DNA from: Candidatus Shapirobacteria bacterium
GTDB taxonomy: Bacteria > Patescibacteriota > Microgenomatia > UM-FILTER-40-11
DNA: 64,000 bases
Direction: 5' to 3'
Assembly (NCBI GenBank): GCA_020059745.1
Contig: JAGVBK010000004.1
Span: 178,511 to 242,510, forward strand
Both the position numbers and the translations under genes were made by a program. The notes beneath the pieces were generated by a model. It did no database searches, had not been told where the DNA came from, and worked only from the letters and a program-made list of their open reading frames with translations. This document shows positions 1-8,697 of the stretch, piece after piece (the first letter of the stretch is position 1; the number at the start of each line of letters is the position of its first letter).

Positions 1-391
1 AGGCGCTTTAACGGCAGACGAGGTGGCTGAGGAAGCTGATTTCTTCTCCTGCGGAACAAACGATTTAACCCAAATGACCATGGGTTTTTCAAGAGACGAT
101 TCCGGTAAGTTTATCAAGGTCTATCTTGATCAGAAGATATTGAAGTCCGATCCTTTCCAGACTTTAGATCAAGAGGGAGTGGGGCAGCTGGTTAAAATGG
201 CAGTGGAAAAGGGAAGAAAAGTTAAAAAGGACCTGAAAGTGGGAATCTGTGGAGAACACGGCGGAGATCCGGATTCCGTTAAGTTCTGCCATAAAATAGG
301 TTTAACTTATGTATCTTGTTCTCCTTACCGGGTGCCAATTGCCAGGCTCGCAGCAGCTCAGGCAGCAGTTGAGGAAAAACAAGAAAAGTAA
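1..391 (+). CDS. ppdK: pyruvate phosphate dikinase, C-terminal PEP-utilising/TIM-barrel end (5'-truncated by the window edge)
   Basis: The ORF track has the in-frame tail 23..391, and the reading frame stays open to position 2. The PEP-utilising enzyme signature [11 protein letters not shown] is present, and the C-terminus [10 protein letters not shown]...[20 protein letters not shown] is typical of PPDK. Confidence 0.8.
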   Translation, partial: GALTADEVAEEADFFSCGTNDLTQMTMGFSRDDSGKFIKVYLDQKILKSDPFQTLDQEGVGQLVKMAVEKGRKVKKDLKVGICGEHGGDPDSVKFCHKIGLTYVSCSPYRVPIARLAAAQAAVEEKQEK

Positions 392-453
392 GCTTGATGT
401 TCAGAAAAACTAAACAGCTATACCTGTTTAGTAGTGTATTTGCTTCTTACTTC

Positions 454-687
454 TTACAAGAAGACTAAAAAAGCATATTTTATTAGGCAGGCAGTGAGAG
501 CCATGGCAACTGCCAGCCAAAAAAGACTGTACCAAAAAGCGGCTTTTCCTTTTAATTCTTTTAAGGCCATTCCTTTGTAAACAGCCATAATTTTTTTCTC
601 TTTTAAACCCTTAATTGAGATTTTCCAGCAGAGAAAAATGCCGGGGACAAATATAGCAAACAATAAAATATCTCTTTTATCTAGCAC
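454..687 (-). CDS. hypothetical small membrane protein (77 aa)
   Basis: The ORF is 77 aa with two hydrophobic segments. No recognisable RBS or homology, and an intrinsic terminator separates it from the upstream cupin gene. Confidence 0.25.
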   Translation of the reverse strand: MLDKRDILLFAIFVPGIFLCWKISIKGLKEKKIMAVYKGMALKELKGKAAFWYSLFWLAVAMALTACLIKYAFLVFL

Positions 688-737
688 TAATTAATTTTAG
701 CATGTAACTTTTGTTGAATCTAAACTTAAGGATTTTT

Positions 738-770
738 AAAGACCCCCGCCTCTGGCGGGGGTCTTTTGTT
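738..770. terminator. rho-independent terminator hairpin, likely bidirectional
   Basis: A perfect 10-bp GC-rich stem gacccccgcc (741-750) / ggcgggggtc (754-763) is followed by ttttgtttgt on the + strand. It lies between the convergent cupin gene (-) and the upstream + strand gene. Confidence 0.7.
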
Positions 771-784
771 TGTGAAGCAGAAAT

Positions 785-1177
785 TTAAGCGTGTTCTTCT
801 TTTTCTGCTTCCATTGCCTCTTCCTTGGTTTCATGAACCGTTCCGTCCGGGTGGTGAGGAGGAGAATAGATAGTGTAAAGCCTTAAAGGCTCTTCTCCTT
901 GGTTAATGATATTATGCTCAGTGCCAGCGGGAACCACTACGGCTGAACCGTCTTTTATTTCGTGTTCTTGCCCGTCCAAAACTGCTTTTCCGGTTCCACT
1001 CTCAACCCGAAAGAACTGGTCAACATCGTTGTGAACTTCCGTCCCAATGTCCTCGCCTGATTTTAAGGTCATTAAAACAAGCTGAGAGTGTGGAGCAGTA
1101 AAAAGTACCTGACGGAATTTATTGTTTTCCAGGGTTTTTTCTTCTATATTGGTAACATAACCAGACACTAAAATCAC
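785..1177 (-). CDS. cupin domain protein
   Basis: The 130-aa product has a cupin beta-barrel pattern (G-x-H-x-H...VVPAGTEHNIINQGEEPLRLYTIY) and an acidic C-terminal tail. Confidence 0.6.
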   Translation of the reverse strand: MILVSGYVTNIEEKTLENNKFRQVLFTAPHSQLVLMTLKSGEDIGTEVHNDVDQFFRVESGTGKAVLDGQEHEIKDGSAVVVPAGTEHNIINQGEEPLRLYTIYSPPHHPDGTVHETKEEAMEAEKEEHA

Positions 1178-1235
1178 CCCCTTTCAGTACAAAAAGTATA
1201 CCTGAATAATTATTTAATCTCTAGCAATTAATTTT

Positions 1236-2399
1236 ATGGAACTTTCTTCTGACCAAAAAAATGCTTTAGAAAACTTACTTTTTTGGTATAAAGAAAAAAG
1301 CAGGCAATTTATTACCCTAGGAGGATATGCCGGAACAGGAAAAACAACTCTTATTTCCCACCTGCGGGAGAAGCTTTATAAAAATGACAAAAATCTAAGG
1401 ATTGCTTTTTGTGCTTATACTGGAAAAGCCTCACGGGTTTTAAGGTTTAGGCTTTCTGAGACAAAAGCTCTTTACCCTAGTGATTTTGTCGGAACCATTC
1501 ATTCTTTGATTTATTCTCCTGTTACAAACGATAAAGATGAAATTGTCGGCTGGGAATTAAAAGAAAAAGTGGAAGCAGATTTAATTATTATTGATGAAGC
1601 TTCAATGGTGGATTATTCTATTTGGGAACACCTTCTTTCTTTTGGTATTCCCATTATTGCCGTAGGTGATCATGGTCAGTTGCCGCCAATAAGCGGCAAA
1701 TTTAATTTAATGGAAAAACCTGAACTTGTTCTTGAAGAAATTCACCGCCAGGCTAGGGAAAACCCGATTATCAGGCTTTCGGCCCTGGCGCGGTCAGAAG
1801 GAAAAATTCCTTTTGGCAAGTTTGGAAAAAACATATTAAAAATAAACAACTTAGAGCCTGAATCAAGAGAACTAGTTGAAGAGATCCTTAAAAACTATCA
1901 CCCAAACACCTTAATTCTTTGCGGTTATAACTCAACCCGGATTAAGATAAATAATTTTATCCGCAGTAGTCTTGGCCTTGAAGAAACGCCTCAAAAAGGC
2001 GATAGAGTCATTTGTTTGAGAAACAACCACGCTAAAGAAGTTTTTAACGGTATGCTTGGGGAAATTGTTAGTCTTAAAAAGAAAGACGAAGGTTGGTATC
2101 AAGCAAAAATTATAATGGATGGCGAAGAGAAAACATATAAAGGCCAAATTCTTGCTTCTCAGTTTAATTGCAAAGAGGCTCTAAATTTTACCAAAGAAAG
2201 ATACAAAACAAAACTTGGCGACCTTTTTGACTTTGGTTATGCTCTAACAGTGCATAAGGCACAAGGCAGCCAGGCAAAAAGAGTGGTTGTTTTTGAAGAA
2301 AGATTTCCTAAAATGGACGATGAGGAATGGCGACGCTGGCTTTACACCGCAATAACCAGGGCAGAAGAAGAGCTTTTTGTTGTGGGCCAGGAGGCCTGA
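1236..2399 (+). CDS. RecD/Dda-like SF1 ATP-dependent DNA helicase (AAA_30 + UvrD_C_2 type)
   Basis: Walker A GYAGTGKTT, Walker B IIIDEASMV, the HGQLPPI motif, and the C-terminal TVHKAQGSQAKRVVVF motif typical of RecD/TraA/Dda-family helicases. Confidence 0.75.
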   Translation: MELSSDQKNALENLLFWYKEKSRQFITLGGYAGTGKTTLISHLREKLYKNDKNLRIAFCAYTGKASRVLRFRLSETKALYPSDFVGTIHSLIYSPVTNDKDEIVGWELKEKVEADLIIIDEASMVDYSIWEHLLSFGIPIIAVGDHGQLPPISGKFNLMEKPELVLEEIHRQARENPIIRLSALARSEGKIPFGKFGKNILKINNLEPESRELVEEILKNYHPNTLILCGYNSTRIKINNFIRSSLGLEETPQKGDRVICLRNNHAKEVFNGMLGEIVSLKKKDEGWYQAKIIMDGEEKTYKGQILASQFNCKEALNFTKERYKTKLGDLFDFGYALTVHKAQGSQAKRVVVFEERFPKMDDEEWRRWLYTAITRAEEELFVVGQEA

Positions 2400-2463
2400 G
2401 CGGGAATTGCACCCGCGCATCGCGGTTTTGCAGACCGCTGCCTTACTGCTTGGCTATCAGGCC
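2392..2463 (-). tRNA. tRNA-Cys (anticodon GCA), 72 nt, CCA not encoded
   Basis: The minus-strand sequence GGCCTGA-TA-GCCAAGCAGTAAGGC-A-GCGGT-CTGCAAA-ACCGC-GATGC-GCGGG-TGCAATT-CCCGC-TCAGGCC-T folds with a perfect 7-bp acceptor stem, a 5-bp anticodon stem and a 5-bp T stem. The anticodon loop is CT-GCA-AA, and the discriminator is U73, the Cys identity element. It is a GC-rich island in an AT-rich region. The atypical points are that the T-loop TGCAATT has G at position 55 and the D-loop lacks the GG dinucleotide. Confidence 0.6.
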
Positions 2464-2523
2464 GACAGCTATAGTTTACCTTATTTAGCCTCAGAAAGCA
2501 AAGCTAAAAGATAAATTTTTTTC

Positions 2524-2552
2524 TTGCCATAAGCTTTGTTTAGTGCTATATT
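2524..2552 (+). promoter_or_regulatory. sigma70-like promoter TTGCCA-17-TATATT upstream of the lipoprotein gene
   Basis: TTGCCA at 2524-2529, a 17-nt spacer, and TATATT at 2547-2552. The -10 element ends 7 nt before the ATG at 2560 and lies inside the longer ORF call that starts at 2536. Confidence 0.4.
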
Positions 2553-3408
2553 AGAGCTAATGTTAAGAAAGTTATTAATTGGCTTTGGCGTTGTTTTTTT
2601 AAGTGTTTTTCTTTCAGGCTGTTCTTTTAAGAAAGACCCTGCTGCCTTACAGATTAACACTAACCCTCCGGCAAATGTTTTTATTGACGGTAAAATTTTA
2701 GGTAAAACCCCTTTTCAGTCAAGTGAAATGCAATCCGGAGAGATTACGGTTAAGCTCATTCCTGAATCAACCGAAGAAGCTCTTTCTTCCTGGGAAAGTA
2801 AAATTACTCTTAATTCCGGGGTTTTAACTTTAATTGAAAGAGAGTTGGGCCAAACCGAGGAAGAATCTTCCGGGCAAATTTTGAGTTTAGAAAAATCAAA
2901 AGACAAAGAACAAGCATCCCTAACAGTTATTTCCAATCCCGACGGTGCTTTAATTCATATTGACGGCGAGGCCAAAGGCTTTACCCCAATCACCATTGAT
3001 CAAATCGGTGTAGGTGATCACCAGATCACCCTTTCCAAGGAAGGCTATGTTGATAAATCAATAAAAGCAAGAGCTGTCGCCGGCTTTAAGTTAATTGTTA
3101 ACGCCAAAATGGGCCAGGAAGTAAACAAAGAATCTACCCCCGCTACTTCTTCCGGAACACCAACGCCTTCAGCAAAGCCAACAGCTGCTTCAGGTTCTTC
3201 CTCAAATTCTTCAACCATAGAAATTAAAGATACCCCAACCGGCTGGCTAAGAGTGAGAAAAGAAGCCAGTACTGCTTCAGCTGAAGTGGGCAAGGTTAAT
3301 CCCGGAGAAACATACGAAATCTTAGAAGAAGAAAATGGTTGGTATAAAATTGAGTATGAAAGCGGTAGTGAAGGTTGGATTTCAGGGCAGTACGCAAAAA
3401 AGATTTGA
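2536..3408 (+). CDS. lipoprotein with two PEGA domains and a C-terminal SH3b domain
   Basis: The signal peptide plus lipobox (LSGC) is best formed from the internal Met at 2560 (MLRKLLIGFGVVFLSVFLSGCSF). PEGA-like repeats are present (NVFIDGKILGKTPF, ALIHIDGEAKGFTPITI). The C-terminus GWLRVRKEAS...GWYKIEYESGSEGWISGQY is a bacterial SH3 domain. The true start may be 2560. Confidence 0.6.
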   Translation: MFSAILELMLRKLLIGFGVVFLSVFLSGCSFKKDPAALQINTNPPANVFIDGKILGKTPFQSSEMQSGEITVKLIPESTEEALSSWESKITLNSGVLTLIERELGQTEEESSGQILSLEKSKDKEQASLTVISNPDGALIHIDGEAKGFTPITIDQIGVGDHQITLSKEGYVDKSIKARAVAGFKLIVNAKMGQEVNKESTPATSSGTPTPSAKPTAASGSSSNSSTIEIKDTPTGWLRVRKEASTASAEVGKVNPGETYEILEEENGWYKIEYESGSEGWISGQYAKKI

Positions 3409-4338
3409 TCAGCCGACTACATAAATCACCCAGATTATAAGAAAACCCCAGACAATTACTGCTCCCAGCAAGGGTTTGTCAGACAGAAGCACTCTTTCCG
3501 GCGATTCCGCTCTTGACCCCTGATAAATTATGTTTAAATAACGCATAATGCCGTAGATAACTACGGGAATCGTGATCATTAGCCATTTGCTTGAACCACT
3601 GATTGTTAAAGGCAAAACACTGTGTATTGAAGGCCCAACCACAATTGGCGGTGACTGCAGAAAGGTAAAAAGGGCCCAGGAAAGCCAGGCTGAGGCAGCA
3701 AACATGGAGAGATAATCATCCAGAAGATCAGGAGGGTAATTAATGAGTGTTTTTCTGTGCCCCGAAACAGCTTCTTTATCAAGTATGGCCAGTTCAGATC
3801 TTCTTTTCCCTACTGCCATGAAAAGAGCCAGGGAAGTAACACAAAGAAGAAACCAGACAGAGATATGGTGGTTAAGAACAATAGCTCCGGCATAAACCCT
3901 TAAGATAAAACTGGCAGCAATCGACAAAACATCAAAAATAATCTGGTTTTTTAAATAGAAGGAGTAAACCAGCTGGAGTAGAAAATAAATGAGACAAACC
4001 AAAAAAAAGAAAAAAGCAGTTTGGTAAGCTAGATAAAGACTTAAAGAAATGCCGATTGAAGCAAAAAAAGCAGCCAGGGGAATGGGTAGTTTACCTGAGG
4101 CGATTGGTCGTTTCTTTTTAAAAGGATGCAGTCTGTCTCTTGAGAAGTCAACAATATCATTTATAAAGTAAACAGAAGAGGTGAGTATGGAAAAAACAAA
4201 AATAGCCCAGATTGTCAGCCAGAAGCTTTCCGGATGAAAAAGCCGTCCGGAAAAAACCAAAGCCGCAGCCAAGCTTAGGTTTTTTAGCCATTGTCTTGGC
4301 CTGGCGGTTTTAAGGATGCTGATAAATAACTGAGCCAT
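3409..4338 (-). CDS. UbiA-family prenyltransferase, decaprenyl-phosphate 5-phosphoribosyltransferase (DPPR synthase)-like
   Basis: The 309-aa polytopic membrane protein has the N-terminus ARPRQWLKN and the Asp-rich motif NDIVDFSRDRLHPFKKKRPIASG (NDxxDxxxD...RPIASG) characteristic of DPPR-synthase-type UbiA enzymes. Confidence 0.7.
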   Translation of the reverse strand: MAQLFISILKTARPRQWLKNLSLAAALVFSGRLFHPESFWLTIWAIFVFSILTSSVYFINDIVDFSRDRLHPFKKKRPIASGKLPIPLAAFFASIGISLSLYLAYQTAFFFFLVCLIYFLLQLVYSFYLKNQIIFDVLSIAASFILRVYAGAIVLNHHISVWFLLCVTSLALFMAVGKRRSELAILDKEAVSGHRKTLINYPPDLLDDYLSMFAASAWLSWALFTFLQSPPIVVGPSIHSVLPLTISGSSKWLMITIPVVIYGIMRYLNIIYQGSRAESPERVLLSDKPLLGAVIVWGFLIIWVIYVVG

Positions 4339-5372
4339 AATATTATTCCCAAAAAAGCAATAACAAGCATGAACATTGTATATAACTTTTGTCTACTATT
4401 CAATTGCAAGGCCAGCAGCCCCAAGAGCGCGGTAATGCTCCAGTAAAAAACAGAAATTCTTTTTTTGCTCCAACCAAGGGCTAGCAGTTTATGGTGAAGG
4501 TGCTCTTTACCCCCCCAGACTGGTGAACGGCCTGATAAGAGTCTTTTGAACACAAGGTAAGAGGCATCTATCAAGGGAACGGCTAAAACAAGCATAAGAG
4601 TAGCGACTTTTGCGGTTGAGAGGATTGAAAGCACGGCCAGCATAAAGCCGGCCAGAGATTTTCCGCTGTAGCCAGGCATAATCTTCTGGGGCGAAAAATT
4701 CCAAGGTAAAAACCCAAGGTAAGAACCGGCCACAACCAGAGCAAGAATAATTACCGGCCATTGGGTAATATCAGCGGAGAATCTTAGGCTCAGGAAAGCA
4801 ATTGTTAAGGCGGCGATCACCACGACTCCTGGCAGCTGGCCTTCGACTCCTCCTGACCAGCCGACAAAATTCATGGTCCAAGCAATCCATAAAAGAGCAA
4901 AAAGATCGGCAAGCAACCAAAGGCAGCGGCTATCACCAAAAAGAGAAAAGCAAAGCTGGGGGTTGTCAAGCCTGATAATTCCACCGAGGGGATTATTGAT
5001 AAAAGCAATTCCAATTCCGGAAAAAACCACCACTCCCGCGGCCAGGAAATTACCCCCCAGCCTTAAAAGGGGATGAATTTTTTCTTCAAAGATATCGTCA
5101 AAGATTCCAACTACTAGCGCTATCAAAGCTCCTAGAAAAATTCCCTGAAGGTGTTTGTCAAGAGGAAGGAAAAATAAGGAAACAGCTATTCCCAGAAAAA
5201 TCGGAATTCCGCCGCCCCGAGGAACTGGATAGGAATGGACAACTTTGGGGTGTTTGTGCTTTTTAGGGTCGTCAACAAAGCCTTTTTTCTTTAAAAAAAG
5301 GATCACTGCCGGAGTAAAAATAAAGCTAACCAAAAACGAGACTAAAAAAGGCAGCAAAAAGGTTAAGGTCAT
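4284..5372 (-). CDS. MraY/WecA-family (glycosyltransferase family 4) polyprenyl-phosphate sugar-1-phosphate transferase
   Basis: The 362-aa protein has about 10 TM segments. There is a DD motif in a cytoplasmic loop (GIFDDIFEEK), an HHH-like region (KEHLHHKL) resembling MraY, and an N-terminal PVPRGGGIP segment. The DGLDG motif is divergent (GGVEG). Confidence 0.6.
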   Translation of the reverse strand: MTLTFLLPFLVSFLVSFIFTPAVILFLKKKGFVDDPKKHKHPKVVHSYPVPRGGGIPIFLGIAVSLFFLPLDKHLQGIFLGALIALVVGIFDDIFEEKIHPLLRLGGNFLAAGVVVFSGIGIAFINNPLGGIIRLDNPQLCFSLFGDSRCLWLLADLFALLWIAWTMNFVGWSGGVEGQLPGVVVIAALTIAFLSLRFSADITQWPVIILALVVAGSYLGFLPWNFSPQKIMPGYSGKSLAGFMLAVLSILSTAKVATLMLVLAVPLIDASYLVFKRLLSGRSPVWGGKEHLHHKLLALGWSKKRISVFYWSITALLGLLALQLNSRQKLYTMFMLVIAFLGIILWLSYLSASLKPPGQDNG

Positions 5373-5722
5373 TAAGTAATTAAAAAAATAATTCTTAAAA
5401 GCGTGATAAATCCAAGTGAAGAAAAAAGCAAGGCAAAGCCGTTGCTTAAAAAGGCCATAAATTTCTCTCCTCTTTTAATAAAGGTTAAAGAAAGCTCTAA
5501 ATTAACAAAAAAGAGAATGAACGAGATTGAAGGAATAAGGAAAAGATAACGAGATAAAGTAAGCTGTTCTTCTCCCCAAGGCCGGCTGTAAAAAAGAGGC
5601 ACTTTCTCCGGCAAGGACTCATTTTTTATTAAGATAAAGAATGTCCCGAGCAGAATGAGGGAAAAATTAACCGCCAGAAGTCTTAAAAGCGTTTTTTCTT
5701 TCTTTAAAAGCTTAGTTTCCAT
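5372..5722 (-). CDS. hypothetical membrane protein (116 aa)
   Basis: Three predicted TM segments. It overlaps the neighbouring genes by a few nucleotides (operon-like) and has no recognisable motif. Confidence 0.4.
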   Translation of the reverse strand: METKLLKKEKTLLRLLAVNFSLILLGTFFILIKNESLPEKVPLFYSRPWGEEQLTLSRYLFLIPSISFILFFVNLELSLTFIKRGEKFMAFLSNGFALLFSSLGFITLLRIIFLIT

Positions 5723-7184
5723 TTAAACCTTTTTTTCTGAAAATGACAAAGTCGCCAATACTTTCAACCTGCCTATAGTTGTTTTTGAGAAGAATTTCCA
5801 GTCCTAAAAAGTCTTCTTTTTTAACATCTTTTATTATGAGGCTGATTTTATCATTTTCAAGCCTGGAAAGCACGGTGTCGGTTTTTTTAAGGTCACTAAC
5901 ATGATAAGCGGCGGCGTAAGGAGTAGCCGGCAGTCTTTGAGATAGAGGATATATATTTGATTCATCAGCCCAAACAAAAACTCTCTCTGTTTTATTGGTA
6001 TTGGCTTTAATAAATTCAGAAATAAGGTAAATCTCCGTCATCCTGGGGTTAAAATAGTTAAAATAACTGGTTTTGTCTTTTTTGCCTCTGGAAAAATCAA
6101 TAAAGTTTCTGTAATAAGAAAAAGTTTCATAAGCCCAGAACTGGTAGCGCCAATAGGTGGCGGTCAAAAACGCAAATAAAAGCAAGGGAAGAGCCTTTCT
6201 TATAATAGTTTTTTGGTTAATTTCTTTTACAAAAATTCCTAGCAAAAGAGAAAAACCCGGAATTACCTGAATAAGATAATGGGGATATGGCCTACCGGAA
6301 AGAGAAGCTCCGTAAAGAGCAAATAGAAACCAAGCCGTAGCCAAGCTTAGGTCTTCTTTTAGCTTTTTTCTGAAAGCAAAAGTTAAAACTAAAGAAAAAA
6401 GCAGGATAATTGACCTGATTGCAAAATCACTTTTAAGAAGCCGAAGAGGGTTAAGGACATGTGAGCCTGTTTCCCAGGAAGAAAGATAGCCAATGGTTTG
6501 CAGAAAAACAGAATTAAAGTAAACACTAAAGGCACCTTTTAAAATAAAATAGGCCGAAACTAAGAAAATGGGTAGTAAAAAGCTAAAGAAAAGGGTAAGG
6601 CCTTCTTTTAGATTGATCCTTTCTTTTTCTCTTAAAAAGATAAGGAAAAAAGAAAGAGCGGCAAAATCAAAAAGAGCTGGTACTTTAAAAAGAAAGGCAG
6701 TTGAAAAAAGCAACCCTGAAAAAATAAAGTTTTTTAAAGACTTTTCTTTGAAAACAGCAAAGTAGCCTAAAACTGCAGGAAGAAGAATAAAGATTTCAGC
6801 GTTAGCAATATTCCCTTCAAGAAACCTGATCGTGGTAAATAAGGCAAAACTGAGAACAGATACTTTAACTGCTTTGTCAGAATTTATGATTTTTTTTGAC
6901 AAAAGGAAGAAAAAATAAATTGAAGCAAGACAGGAGACAAAAAGCATAGACCTAAACCAGTAAAGTCTTCCGTCAGCAAGGGCAGTAAGAAGATAAATTA
7001 AAGGAGGCTTGTTGTCAAAAATATCCCTATAAAGTAAAAGACCCCTTTTTATACCCATTCCCAGGGTAAGATAAATTCCTTCATCGCCATACCAGTAGGG
7101 TTCAAACAAAGAAGGAATTCTTAAAACCGCAACAGAGGCCAAAACAAAAAGAATAAACCGGTTTTTCTTGAAGAAAGAAAGCAT
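5712..7184 (-). CDS. GT-C superfamily membrane glycosyltransferase (ArnT/PMT-like)
   Basis: The 490-aa protein is polytopic along its whole length, with a DE motif in the first extracytoplasmic loop (EPYWYGDEGIY). The C-terminal half is soluble. Confidence 0.5.
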   Translation of the reverse strand: MLSFFKKNRFILFVLASVAVLRIPSLFEPYWYGDEGIYLTLGMGIKRGLLLYRDIFDNKPPLIYLLTALADGRLYWFRSMLFVSCLASIYFFFLLSKKIINSDKAVKVSVLSFALFTTIRFLEGNIANAEIFILLPAVLGYFAVFKEKSLKNFIFSGLLFSTAFLFKVPALFDFAALSFFLIFLREKERINLKEGLTLFFSFLLPIFLVSAYFILKGAFSVYFNSVFLQTIGYLSSWETGSHVLNPLRLLKSDFAIRSIILLFSLVLTFAFRKKLKEDLSLATAWFLFALYGASLSGRPYPHYLIQVIPGFSLLLGIFVKEINQKTIIRKALPLLLFAFLTATYWRYQFWAYETFSYYRNFIDFSRGKKDKTSYFNYFNPRMTEIYLISEFIKANTNKTERVFVWADESNIYPLSQRLPATPYAAAYHVSDLKKTDTVLSRLENDKISLIIKDVKKEDFLGLEILLKNNYRQVESIGDFVIFRKKGLNGN

Positions 7185-7221
7185 TAATTTATTTTAACCA
7201 ATTTGGTTTTTCTTGTAAATT

Positions 7222-8697
7222 CTATACTTTTTCTGTAACTCTGTACTCCATATATTTGCCGAGCATTAGCCTGGTGTGAGCATCAAGTCCGGGCAGCGCG
7301 GTAAAAAAGAAACCAATTATCGGCATCAAAAGGAATTCAAAGGGAATAAGATAAGCTTTTATTTTAGGAACTTCTGCCGGTCTTGGTGGCCGCTGTTTTG
7401 AATCAATAATGATGATAATTGCCAAAAAGATAAGACAAAGAGTCAGGATAAAAGACGAGGTTTTGGACATGTTAAAACCAAGAGCGGTTCTGCTGAAGTT
7501 TTTGTTTATTAAAGAAGGCATATTAATTCCAATAGTAATGATAAACCAGTTAACGGGCCAAAGAAAATGATCTTCAATTAGCCTTAAGGTTCTTATTGTT
7601 TTGTCCCAAAAAGGTATGTTTTTTGAGAGAAAGTATTTTTTAATTACATAAGGATCATCGGAAACCCCCCATGCCCAGCGCTTAAACTGTTCATATTGAT
7701 TATGAAGGGTTTTAAAAAATGAAGTCGATTCAGCGGCATCAGCAGATAAAGGTAAGAAAATCGGCTCAACTTCAACTTTACCGTCGGTGCTAAAAAAGGC
7801 TTTAAAAAAGATGTGCCAGTCTTCGGGAATGACATCAGGGTCCCAATAGCCGATGCGTTCAAGAAGCCTGAAGGAAAGGGCATAGTTTTGTTGGTTTATC
7901 AGCCGATCGGTTCTGGCCAGTTGGGCAATATTCCAGATGGTACCAAAAGTATTAGCTACTCTTGAAGGAGCCGGCAGTCGCCAAAAATTATTATAGAAAA
8001 CAATTGCCGGCTGCCAAAAACGCTCATAACGGTGTGGATCATCTAAAAACTTGTAGGAAAGGTAAGAAAAATGGTTAGGGTGATAAACATGGTCAGCGTC
8101 ACAGGAATAAACAACACAGTAGTTGGGATCAACTTTTTTGCTGTCAATTAGTTGTTTTTTGGCTGTAATTATGGCCGCGCGGGCGTTTGAATGTTTTCCC
8201 GCTGTTTCGCCGGGAATAAGGGTGTGCTCGCTGACAACGATATGTGCAAATTTTCCGCGGAATTTCCGCTTTAATTCCGCGGCTTTTTCTTGCCAGTTTT
8301 CTTCTCTTTTTTCAAAGCCTAAAGCAATGCTTATTTGGTTACCCGGAAGTGTTTGGTCAACCAGGCTTTGGAGTGTTCTTTCCAGGATATAAAGAGGCTC
8401 TTTGTAAGTACAAATAACTACTAGATGGTGTACCTTTTTCCAATCAGGAAAAAACTTGAGCTCTCCCAGCCAGTCCATTTTTTTAGAAGCCTCAATTCTT
8501 AGGTGAGAGATAGTGGCAAAAATCGCCAGAGTAATTGATTTATAAAACCAGAAAATGTCAAAAAGAAGGACAAAGTAAGCAACTCCGGTAGGAACAAAAA
8601 AAGCACCCCAAAAAGGGAAAAGAATCAGATTCCAGGAGACAAATCCGGGAAGAATTTCTAAAACTCTTTGAATAAACCTTGCTTTTTTATTTTTCAT
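7222..8697 (-). CDS. processive family-2 glycosyltransferase (cellulose/chitin/hyaluronan-synthase-like, membrane-embedded)
   Basis: N-terminal and C-terminal TM segments flank a GT-A domain. It carries a DxD-type motif (CDADHVYHP) and the processive-synthase QxxRW motif (EQFKRWAWG). Confidence 0.6.
   Translation of the reverse strand: MKNKKARFIQRVLEILPGFVSWNLILFPFWGAFFVPTGVAYFVLLFDIFWFYKSITLAIFATISHLRIEASKKMDWLGELKFFPDWKKVHHLVVICTYKEPLYILERTLQSLVDQTLPGNQISIALGFEKREENWQEKAAELKRKFRGKFAHIVVSEHTLIPGETAGKHSNARAAIITAKKQLIDSKKVDPNYCVVYSCDADHVYHPNHFSYLSYKFLDDPHRYERFWQPAIVFYNNFWRLPAPSRVANTFGTIWNIAQLARTDRLINQQNYALSFRLLERIGYWDPDVIPEDWHIFFKAFFSTDGKVEVEPIFLPLSADAAESTSFFKTLHNQYEQFKRWAWGVSDDPYVIKKYFLSKNIPFWDKTIRTLRLIEDHFLWPVNWFIITIGINMPSLINKNFSRTALGFNMSKTSSFILTLCLIFLAIIIIIDSKQRPPRPAEVPKIKAYLIPFEFLLMPIIGFFFTALPGLDAHTRLMLGKYMEYRVTEKV

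Noticed and set aside
1932-2147. Numerous short antisense ORFs nested inside large conserved genes (e.g. 1932..2147, 13060..13242, 38459..38710, 47726..48184, 48904..49302)
   Set aside because: Each lies entirely within, and opposite to, a gene with strong homology signals. They are artefacts of the AT-rich composition.
1236-2470. RecD-like helicase + cupin next to a tRNA gene as a possible integrated mobile element or phage remnant
   Set aside because: There is no integrase/recombinase, no direct repeat of the tRNA 3' end, and no phage structural genes in the flanks. RecD/Dda-like helicases are common chromosomal genes in small genomes.
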